From positions 12,911 through 76,910 of the forward strand of contig JBHELT010000060.1 in assembly GCA_046262935.1 (NCBI GenBank): a stretch of DNA of 64,000 nt, given 5' to 3'. Positions 10,377 through 18,006 of this stretch are shown here, piece by piece. Below the pieces are notes generated by a model. It did no database searches. It was not told the DNA's origin and saw only the letters and a program-made list of their open reading frames with translations. The position numbers and the translations under genes are program-made. Numbering within the stretch: position 1 is the stretch's first letter; each line of letters opens with the position of its first letter. The DNA comes from Actinomycetota bacterium (GTDB taxonomy: Bacteria; Actinomycetota; CADDZG01; JAHWKV01).

Positions 10377-10599
10377 CAGCTGGCCTTCCCATAAACGCCG
10401 GGCATGATCAAGGTGTTGCGTCGACCAATCGAATTCGCCTTGCGCGCCGAGTGGCGGATTCAGCCCGTTCAAGACCAGCTGATTACTAAAGCGACCGATG
10501 ACTACAACAACACGTCGTCTTTTGTGAACTTTGCGTCCGCATCCGCGGGAGACGAAGCTGCCTACCTAGTTCACTGGTTAGGCTGTGTAAACTGCAGTT

Positions 10600-11574
10600 A
10601 TGCGACCCCGCCGGTCACTAATTGGGGTGATCCGAAAATCACGCGTGCCCAAAGAGCGCAGCTGTCGCTGGAGTGATGGCTTATCTAATGTGCTCGGATG
10701 GCCCGCCGCTTCTGGGCGAAGGACCCTCGCAGCAACAATTCAGGTGCCAGCAGAACGGCAACGCGGTTTTCGCCTACGGCGCGCAAGCGTGCCGATTGTC
10801 AAACAACAACTAGAGTCGGCCGCGGGTAAGGTCGTTTCCATTCAGCGCCGCCTTTTAACCAGTCTTGTCATTCCACTTCCGACCGCGCGATCGATCCTTG
10901 TCGTCTGCCTCCTAGCTGCTAGCGGTTGCTCAGGAGGTGCTGGAGTTCCAATCGGGCGTGGAACGCCTGAAATCCTCGAAACAGCGGGCCCTTCGGCGAG
11001 AGTCGACCTTGTGGCGCCGAAGGTTGGGGTGTACAGATATTCAAGAAAAATTGAATCGACTATCTTCGGAAACGCCACAGTGTCCTTCAGACGCATCGTC
11101 GGTGAAGCTCGGTCAACGGGCGAGGGCGGCACAAGAGAATATACAGTTCGCGATGAGGGCCCGGGTACGACAACAATTGTTCATGACCGACTGGATCGCG
11201 AGGGTATTTCCGTGGTACGAAGCGAAAAGCAGTCCTTAGGAAATGCCGCAAGAGTGTGCGACTATAAACCCGCCTTCAAAGTCATCGGTTCACCATTGAG
11301 TCCAGGCAATTCTTGGTCGGCAAAGGCGACGTGCCCCGAGGAATTCGTCCGTACGATAACGGTCATCGGATTTGAGAGAATACGTGTCTCGGGAAGTACC
11401 CTGCCGATTCGAGTGGCCGTCATCAATATCCACGATACTCGCAGGTATGACGACCAAGGTACGACTATTCGATTGTCGGTAGAAACAGGAATCAGGCTGA
11501 TTGAGGATACGCGAGTCACTGCTAAGGACGGGAAGAGGATCACGACTGTCCACGATGTCCTAACTGGCACATGA
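10600..11574 (+). CDS. Hypothetical lipoprotein inside the lower-GC insert; true start uncertain
   Basis: Signal/lipobox-like ILVVCLLAASGCSGG around 10900. Region is ~50-52% GC against ~60% for neighbours. No ATG upstream of the signal peptide in frame. Confidence 0.45.
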   Translation: MRPRRSLIGVIRKSRVPKERSCRWSDGLSNVLGWPAASGRRTLAATIQVPAERQRGFRLRRASVPIVKQQLESAAGKVVSIQRRLLTSLVIPLPTARSILVVCLLAASGCSGGAGVPIGRGTPEILETAGPSARVDLVAPKVGVYRYSRKIESTIFGNATVSFRRIVGEARSTGEGGTREYTVRDEGPGTTTIVHDRLDREGISVVRSEKQSLGNAARVCDYKPAFKVIGSPLSPGNSWSAKATCPEEFVRTITVIGFERIRVSGSTLPIRVAVINIHDTRRYDDQGTTIRLSVETGIRLIEDTRVTAKDGKRITTVHDVLTGT

Positions 11575-11656
11575 GTTCCCGAATTCGTGAGCGCATCCTT
11601 GGACGGCGGAAGCGCTTTGGCACTCGGTCTGCGGCAGCGGACCTCATCGCAGGCAG

Positions 11657-11761
11657 GGTCGCTCAGGCGACCGTATTGCGCAGCACCCCTATGCCTTCGA
11701 CCTCCAGTTCGATCGTGTCACCTGGTTCGAGATATCGACCGCCTTGGTCCAACATGCATCC
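11657..11761. repeat. Direct repeat (copy B) of the FAH 3' terminus; partner copy at 10274..10376
   Basis: ~105 bp aligned with ~4 mismatches and 1 indel. Copy B is the functional 3' end of the intact FAH gene. Confidence 0.8.
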
Positions 11762-12592
11762 GCCGAAGGCTGTCCCCGACCCGAAGACATCACCGCGGCG
11801 CACCATTTCCCCCTGCGAGACGAACGAGATCGTTCTTGGGAAAGTCCAGAACAACTCGCCAAGGTTCGCGGTGCAAACCGTTTCATCATTGACGCGCGCC
11901 GTCATCTGAAGACTTGGCGTTCGTGACAGATCGTCGGCCGTCAACAAGTAGGGACCAAGCGACGTCGCGAAGTCCTTCGATTTCGAGGGCCCAAGCCTCG
12001 ATGCCATCTCTGCCTTTTGTACGTCGCGTGCGCTCCAGTCATTCATGATCGTGTAACCAAAGATCGCATTGCCAGCCTGTTCTTCGTTGGCGTCGATGAT
12101 GTCCTGGCCGACGATGCAGGCGACCTCCATCTCGAAGTCGAGCGCCGAAGTGAAAGACGGCCGCTTCACGGAATGGCCGGGGGCCACGACTGCGAGATGG
12201 TTGCCTTTGTAATAGAAGGGCCGCTCGAACCATGCCGGGCTCAGGTCTTCGCCTCTTCGGTTAGCCCCAGCCCGGGCGTGGTCTTCGAAACCGATGAAGT
12301 CGCGAAGCGACGTGGGAACCAGTGGTACCTGCAGTGAGACTTCGTCCTGCGAAAGACCAGACATCCCTGAAGCCTGCTCGGCTGCAGCCATTAGATCGTG
12401 GGGGCTGAGCCGCATGAGGGTCAGCATCGGTTGTTCGGCGGCTCCGGCGTCTTGGGGGAGATCGATCGGGTGGAAACGCAGGTGGTGATCGCGCTCGAGG
12501 ACAACGCCAGCACGCGCCGATGGGTCATCCGAAGTCGAGAAGGTAGCTAAACGCACCACGCAATCCTGCCTCAAGTGCAGCCTTGTTCGCAC
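11663..12592 (-). CDS. Fumarylacetoacetate hydrolase (FAH) family protein
   Basis: 309 aa. FAH-fold motifs: metal-binding EMEVACIVG, GYTIMNDWSARD, and GDTIELEVEGIGVL near the C-terminus. Confidence 0.8.
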   Translation of the reverse strand: MRTRLHLRQDCVVRLATFSTSDDPSARAGVVLERDHHLRFHPIDLPQDAGAAEQPMLTLMRLSPHDLMAAAEQASGMSGLSQDEVSLQVPLVPTSLRDFIGFEDHARAGANRRGEDLSPAWFERPFYYKGNHLAVVAPGHSVKRPSFTSALDFEMEVACIVGQDIIDANEEQAGNAIFGYTIMNDWSARDVQKAEMASRLGPSKSKDFATSLGPYLLTADDLSRTPSLQMTARVNDETVCTANLGELFWTFPRTISFVSQGEMVRRGDVFGSGTAFGGCMLDQGGRYLEPGDTIELEVEGIGVLRNTVA

Positions 12593-12629
12593 TCAACCGG
12601 CAGATATGGCGACCATTTAGAGCGATCCT

Positions 12630-12857
12630 ATGACCAGAAAAATGACTGCCACCGCGATCGAAGCCCGCCTCCTAGCTGGGCTAGACGACGTCGCCGAAGG
12701 CGAGGAGATCGAGATCACTAAGCACGGCCGAACGGTGGCCCTGCTGGTGTCCGCCAAGGGACGGGCATCCTCCCAGGCGATGTTGCGGGGCGTGGCGGTC
12801 AGTGCTGCAGAGGATGAAGAGCTCTTCTCGACCGCAGCGGAGTGGCGACTAGATTGA
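12630..12857 (+). CDS. Phd/YefM-family type II antitoxin
   Basis: EARLLAGLDDVAEGEEIEITKHGRTVALLVS matches the Phd/YefM core (EAK..L..L..V..GE...ITKHG.PVA.LV). Confidence 0.7.
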   Translation: MTRKMTATAIEARLLAGLDDVAEGEEIEITKHGRTVALLVSAKGRASSQAMLRGVAVSAAEDEELFSTAAEWRLD

Positions 12858-13090
12858 CCACGATCCTGCTGGATACCCACGTGATCCAATGATGGTCGGC
12901 TGAACCGAAGCGATTGAGCCGCTCATGAACGCATCCTGGTCAGCATCCCCATCCGCTCGTAGCTAGAGCCATCCTCGGTCGGTAGCGGTCTGGTAACTGG
13001 AACATCTGTACAAAGTCAACCAACTGTCAGTTGACCCGACGGCGTGAACACCAGCGACCGCACCCACTCAATCCGCGTTGTGGCTTGGTG
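12854..13090 (+). pseudogene. Decayed VapC (PIN-domain) toxin remnant
   Basis: TTG start overlaps the antitoxin stop (TTGA). It encodes LTTILLDTHVIQ (the canonical VapC N-terminus MILLDTNV) and then hits a stop after 12 codons. Downstream frames carry fragments (WSAEPKRLS) but multiple stops and frameshifts. Confidence 0.45.
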
Positions 13091-13109
13091 CTCATAAGAC
13101 AATCGGGCT

Positions 13110-14687
13110 ATGAATCCAAAGGCCTCGGATCTTCGTCTGTCTCTAACCCTTTCCGGCGCGGTCTCGCTTGGATCTTATGAGGCCGGTGTCCTTGCAGCAC
13201 TCATCACTGCGGCCCAACAACTTCGAACCGGAACAGGACCCAACGTGATCATCGACAGCATCGCCGGCGCCTCTGCAGGTTCGGTCACCGCGATCTTTAC
13301 TGCTTACTGTCTGCTGACTGGGTCAGATCCCATAGAGCTTATGTGGGCGGGTTGGGTTGATGCCCCGGACATCAACAAGATGACCAAGGGCGCTAGCGGT
13401 TCTCCTTTGTCTACGGCCTTCCTCGAAGAAACCGCACGTCAGTTGTTTCACGAGGTCAGTGCCACAGGTATAGCCCAAAAGGAGGAGATCCGGATCTCGA
13501 TGGCCCTTGGGAACCTGCAAGGTCTGGGCTACGAGATCCGGCAGATGCGGTCGAAACAGATGTTAGACGCGATCACATTCATCGATTGGGCGGAGTTCAT
13601 CGTGTCTTACGACACTTCCGACGGCCGAGTGACGCCTTGGGACCCGAAGCTACTTGATATGGCACTTGCTTCTGCCGCCAATCCTCTTGGTTTTCCGTCC
13701 AAGGGCGCGGACAGGACCGATGACAAACTCACGTACGAGAAGAACGGGGTCCGCAACTTTCCCGATTCGGGATTCTTCTGGTACACCGACGGCGGGATGA
13801 TCGACAACGAGCCACTCGGACGAACGATCGATCTAGCCAACGACATCGACAAGTCTCTGGAGCAAGCCCCCCAATACGAACGCATCTTGCTGCTCATCCA
13901 TCCCCACCCTCAAGCACCAATGCCGTTGATCGAGTGGACCCAACCCGACAGCCCTCCGTCATGGGCCAAGACATTCATCCGCGCCGATCAGATATCGCGA
14001 AGCCAGTCTATGTACGACGACCTTCGCCATCTGGAGAAAACCAACTCGCGCATCAGATGGCTGGGGCAGCTGAAGGTTGCGATGGAAGCTCTGTTGGATG
14101 AAGGACCGGGGACCAAAGCCGAGGACCCGGCGATGAGAAGGATCTTGGAAACCGCGCGTTCGGTACGACAGGAGAAGGCATCCATCAAAGGTGCCGCATT
14201 GACACCCGATCCAACCGACCGCGAGCTTCTGGAATCATTGCTCAACAACATCACGGGACTGGATGGGAAACGTGAGGTTCGAACTGAGATCGTGTCACCC
14301 AGCAATCTAGCTGGTAAGGAGGCCGTCGAGACTGTACTTGCAGGCGAGTTCTTGCTTCATTTCGGCGGTTTCTTCGAAAAGAAGTTGAGGGCAAGTGACT
14401 TCGCTACGGGTTATCGGTCCACACAGGAGTGGCTGAGGTCGGTGCTCATCCCTGAACTAGAGGCGATGGGCCGATCGACAAGCGACCTGGACCAGATGAT
14501 GAGTCACCTCGATAGCCGCTACCTTGTCAGTTGGGAAGACTCGAATGCGCGCCTCATGACCTTTTCGAGACTGCCCTTCTCGAGCAAATGGAAGATGGCC
14601 CGCATCGCGGGAAAGGCTTCAGCTTCATTGACATCGCACTTCTTGAAAGGGCTTTTAGCCAAGCTCACACATCGCCGACGTGGATGA
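13110..14687 (+). CDS. Patatin-like phospholipase family protein
   Basis: Glycine-rich oxyanion region LTLSGAVSLGSYEAGVLAAL. GxSxG nucleophile SIAGASAGSV. DGG dyad motif TDGGMIDNEPL. Confidence 0.8.
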   Translation: MNPKASDLRLSLTLSGAVSLGSYEAGVLAALITAAQQLRTGTGPNVIIDSIAGASAGSVTAIFTAYCLLTGSDPIELMWAGWVDAPDINKMTKGASGSPLSTAFLEETARQLFHEVSATGIAQKEEIRISMALGNLQGLGYEIRQMRSKQMLDAITFIDWAEFIVSYDTSDGRVTPWDPKLLDMALASAANPLGFPSKGADRTDDKLTYEKNGVRNFPDSGFFWYTDGGMIDNEPLGRTIDLANDIDKSLEQAPQYERILLLIHPHPQAPMPLIEWTQPDSPPSWAKTFIRADQISRSQSMYDDLRHLEKTNSRIRWLGQLKVAMEALLDEGPGTKAEDPAMRRILETARSVRQEKASIKGAALTPDPTDRELLESLLNNITGLDGKREVRTEIVSPSNLAGKEAVETVLAGEFLLHFGGFFEKKLRASDFATGYRSTQEWLRSVLIPELEAMGRSTSDLDQMMSHLDSRYLVSWEDSNARLMTFSRLPFSSKWKMARIAGKASASLTSHFLKGLLAKLTHRRRG

Positions 14688-16308
14688 ACCCCTTGTGAAC
14701 GAGATCTACGAATAGTTCGACCAAGTTGGGATCGAAATGCTTGCCACTGAGCGAGATAAGTTCGTCGGTCGCCTGAGCCACCGACCAGGCTTCCTTGTAT
14801 GGACGAGCGTGGGTCAGAGCATCGAATACGTCGGCGATGGCAACCACGCGTCCGAACTGGGGTATGTCTTCGCCGACGATGCCTTCGTATCCTCCGCCAT
14901 CCCAACGCTCATGATGAGTCAGCGCGATCTGCTCAGCCATCTGGAGCAAGGGCACGTTACTTCCCGACAAGATGTCGGCACCGATACGCGTATGGGTGCG
15001 CATGGTTTTCACTTCTTCATCGGTAAGTCGCCCCGGCTTGAGGAGGATGGTGTCCGATATCCCGATCTTGCCAACGTCATGCAGCGGGGCGGCTCGGCCC
15101 AAGGTTGCGATCTGGTCGGTGGGCAGACCCATGGCCATAGCGAGTCGCGCTGAGTTGAGCCCTACCCTGGCTGTGTGCTCACCAGTTTCGTAATCACGGA
15201 ATTCGGCAGCAAGGGCCAGGCGCCGCAGGATCTCGAGGCGGGCCTGCTCGAGATCGAGTGTTCTTTCCTTGACCTTTTGCTCGAGTTCGACCGAGTGCTC
15301 TTCGACCTGCTCGTATAACCGCGCGTTCTCTAGTGCAAGAGCTGCTGCATTAGCGAGCGACCCGAGAAAGGGCCTGTGGTCCTCCGAATGCTTTGGCTTG
15401 CGATCAAAGTGCGTCGCCAGCACGCCAAATGCTTCACCATCTCTTCCTTCTATCGGAAGGGCCACGTCGTGATCTCCCGCCGGCGGCCTGCCGTCGGCTT
15501 GGCTTTGAAGATAAACGGCAGCCTTGTCGGCCCCCACTCCGTCCTTCGCAGCGATCGACAGGTTCTGCAAGATCTCGCTGGTCTTTAACGTTGAGGCCAG
15601 GGACCGCGTACTTTCGTGCAACGCTCTCAGCCGATTGCGCTCCGCCAGGAGATTCTTGGCCATCACTCCAGAGATCACGGCGATCATGAAACCTATCCCC
15701 ATCCTGAAGGTGATCGAGAAGGGCAGGAATTGGTGACCGTAAGACACGTGTCCCCAGTATCTGCTGGCGGTATAGGCCAATGTCTCAGCGAACATCACCA
15801 GTAACGATCCTCGCAGCTGGAAGCGAAGGGCACCTTCCAGGGGTATCACGTACAGGATCACCCAGATGGCATTGCCCGAGTCGAACGCGAACAAAAACAC
15901 GAAGCCGATGGTCACAGCCATGTCGAGGATGGTCGTAAATATCGAGATCCTGCGAGCAACCCTTAGGTCTTGAACACCCTTGATCAATAGAGCAACGACG
16001 GAGTTGCCGAGCGCAAACATTGCTAGCAGGGCAAGACCCATCGCTATCCAAAGACCCCTGGACGGAGCTCTAACCTGTTCGGCCCTCACCGGGCTGTACT
16101 GGTAGAGCTGGAACAGACCGAACGCGAGCGCTCCCCATCTGACATGGGTCATAGTGCGTTCGACGCGCTTTATGCGAATGAGATCGGCCTGATCGGTGAG
16201 GAGCGGGTCGGCGTGCATCGTCAAATCATGCAGCCATGAGGGTCTTTCTTCCCGAATTTGCCGATAGCGCGCGAACGAATCCTGTGGACCTTTGAGGGAT
16301 TTCGACAA
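14665..16308 (-). CDS. Membrane-anchored GAF plus HD-GYP domain protein (c-di-GMP phosphodiesterase family; GYP motif is a GYE variant)
   Basis: N-terminal multi-TM region. HD motif LHDVGKIG. HHERWDGGGYEG (HD-GYP signature with E instead of P). 3' end overlaps the patatin gene by 23 bp, convergently. Confidence 0.8.
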   Translation of the reverse strand: MSKSLKGPQDSFARYRQIREERPSWLHDLTMHADPLLTDQADLIRIKRVERTMTHVRWGALAFGLFQLYQYSPVRAEQVRAPSRGLWIAMGLALLAMFALGNSVVALLIKGVQDLRVARRISIFTTILDMAVTIGFVFLFAFDSGNAIWVILYVIPLEGALRFQLRGSLLVMFAETLAYTASRYWGHVSYGHQFLPFSITFRMGIGFMIAVISGVMAKNLLAERNRLRALHESTRSLASTLKTSEILQNLSIAAKDGVGADKAAVYLQSQADGRPPAGDHDVALPIEGRDGEAFGVLATHFDRKPKHSEDHRPFLGSLANAAALALENARLYEQVEEHSVELEQKVKERTLDLEQARLEILRRLALAAEFRDYETGEHTARVGLNSARLAMAMGLPTDQIATLGRAAPLHDVGKIGISDTILLKPGRLTDEEVKTMRTHTRIGADILSGSNVPLLQMAEQIALTHHERWDGGGYEGIVGEDIPQFGRVVAIADVFDALTHARPYKEAWSVAQATDELISLSGKHFDPNLVELFVDLVHKGFIHVGDV

Positions 16309-16488
16309 GGGCCTTCAGGCCCACATCACAAAAGATCTTCTGACACACCCAGCCGTCATGCCATGGGTGTGGGGCGGTAGCTCAACGGTGGAGCAAAATG
16401 ACCGTCACTCAGAGGATGCAGTCTGCGAACGCTTCTCGCTGACCGTTTGGATTTGCATTCTCCCGATGACTTGTAGTACTATTGGGGG

Positions 16489-16545
16489 GTTCCGCAGAAG
16501 TGAGTAAGGGGAAACCCCAAAAGCTACTGCGGAACACTTTTTTTC
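16489..16545 (+). terminator. Structured hairpin (9-bp stem GTTCCGCAG/CTGCGGAAC enclosing an inner GGGG-AAA-CCCC hairpin) followed by T7
   Basis: Inverted repeat plus a run of 7 T on the plus strand. Confidence 0.45.
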
Positions 16546-16559
16546 ATACATCTACCTAC

Positions 16560-16592
16560 GAAAGACGCCTGCGCAGGCGTCTTTCGCTTTTT
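16560..16592 (+). terminator. Rho-independent terminator-like hairpin GAAAGACGCCTGCG/CAGGCGTCTTTC followed by GCTTTTT
   Basis: Perfect 12-bp palindrome followed by a T-run, plus strand. Second of two tandem terminators. Confidence 0.55.
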
Positions 16593-16749
16593 CCGCGGGC
16601 CAGATCTCGAGAGGAGACCAAGCCTGCGAACTACAAAAGAGGCTTAGGTAACAAACCCGTCACATAAGACGCTGAGCGCAGATTGTTGAAAACGACTTGC
16701 GTCGCGATCGTTGAAAACTACGGGTGTGTAACTTATCGTCGTTGTACAC

Positions 16750-17091
16750 ATGGGGGAACTCTTCGCAGGCCCGGGCTTCAGGACGTGTTCGCGCTCGGGC
16801 TGTCAGTGGCCGGCGATCGCGACGCTCGGCTTCGATTATGCCAACAAGAAGGCGTGGCTCGAAGAGCTGAAGCCTAAACACGAACCAGCCACATACGACC
16901 TGTGCGCCGTACATTCAGAGCGTTTCTCGCCCCCCAAGGGTTGGCAAGCCGAGGACCACCGCCTCCTGGCCGAGCCGCTGTTTCACGTCAGCCCTATGCC
17001 AACATCAACGCCCCAGGAGGCCGAGCATCGCGCGGCGGCCGCTGGTGCCGACAGCCCTCTCACCCTTCAAGCAGGGCTCCCCGAGATCTAG
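16750..17091 (+). CDS. DUF3499-family protein (conserved actinobacterial)
   Basis: CSRSGCQWPAIATLGFDYANKKAWLE...YDLCAVHSERFSPPKGWQ matches the DUF3499 pattern found next to manB in mycobacteria. Confidence 0.75.
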   Translation: MGELFAGPGFRTCSRSGCQWPAIATLGFDYANKKAWLEELKPKHEPATYDLCAVHSERFSPPKGWQAEDHRLLAEPLFHVSPMPTSTPQEAEHRAAAAGADSPLTLQAGLPEI

Positions 17092-17195
17092 CCGCCCCGG
17101 CGCCGAGACTGTCCGTAAGGTTGCGGTTTCCTTGTTTTTCCTTGCTTATTGTTTCTTAGGTAACCGATGGGGTAAGATTGATTTTGGAGTTTTTC

Positions 17196-17498
17196 ATGAC
17201 CATAGAACGCAGCCTCATCAAACAGATCCGGGTACTCGACGAGTACGACCTAAGACGTCTAACGATCTTCATCAAGGGCCTCTTAGTCCAGCAGGGGGCC
17301 GATCTGCCTGATGAACCTGCCGAGAAGCCCGGAAAGGTTTCCTACCGGCTAGAGCCGGTGCGGTGCGGCAAGCCTGGGTGCACCAGGTGCCCTCATGGAC
17401 CGTACTGGTACGCCTACTGGCGAGAGGGGGGCCGCGTGCGCTCGCGCTACATCGGCCGGCGCCTGCCTGAAGATGCCCAGATCGGTCGATCTGACTAG
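17196..17498 (+). CDS. Small Zn-ribbon-like protein (four-Cys C-terminus CGKPGCTRCPHGPYWYAYWREGG)
   Basis: ATG at 17196 with GGAG 9 nt upstream. Conserved-looking Cys4/HGPYWY motif. Sits in an AT-rich patch. Confidence 0.5.
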   Translation: MTIERSLIKQIRVLDEYDLRRLTIFIKGLLVQQGADLPDEPAEKPGKVSYRLEPVRCGKPGCTRCPHGPYWYAYWREGGRVRSRYIGRRLPEDAQIGRSD

Positions 17499-17600
17499 TC
17501 ATCCCAACTCGGACGAAATGGTCACAACGCGCTATGGCACCTAATGACCGCCTTGTCCGATAAAGGAGTCAGTAACTTCGGGCGAGCAGGAGGCGGGGAC

Positions 17601-17780
17601 ATGAGATGTGAGCGTTGTGGATCCAATCACGTGATTTCGATCCAAGTCGTTCTTGGGGATGGAAGCCCTGTGGAATTTTCGACTTGCCATGTATGCGAGT
17701 CGCGGACCTGGAAAACCAAAAGCGAAACAGTTTCGCTCAGCAGGGTTCTTCAGCTCACCAATAGCAACAAGCCTCGTTAA
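17601..17780 (+). CDS. Small CxxC...CxxC zinc-ribbon protein (59 aa)
   Basis: Strong RBS AGGAGG 8 nt upstream of ATG 17601. Product MRCERCGSNHV...CHVCESRTW. Confidence 0.5.
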   Translation: MRCERCGSNHVISIQVVLGDGSPVEFSTCHVCESRTWKTKSETVSLSRVLQLTNSNKPR

Positions 17781-18006
17781 CCAACAACTCTAACCCTGGG
17801 ACGAAACGGGCGAATCTATGCCATCCCAGTCGATCCGCCCCTGCAACTAGTCCCTTTGGGGGACAGTAAATGATCATTTCGTGTTGTGGTCATCACCCTA
17901 AGTGGTGTCGAGACAATGAAGAGACACCAAAGGGGTAGGTGAGTCAACAGTGGAAATGCAGGACTTTCGCCAAACGAAATACGTCCCGAAGCTTTACCAG
18001 GGGTCG

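Noticed and set aside
16360-16430. tRNA-like start GGGGCGGTAGCTCAACGGTGGAGC
   Set aside because: An acceptor/D-arm look-alike only. No anticodon stem or T-arm (no GTTCxAxxC loop) can be folded, and nothing pairs with the 5' GGGGCGG at a sensible distance.
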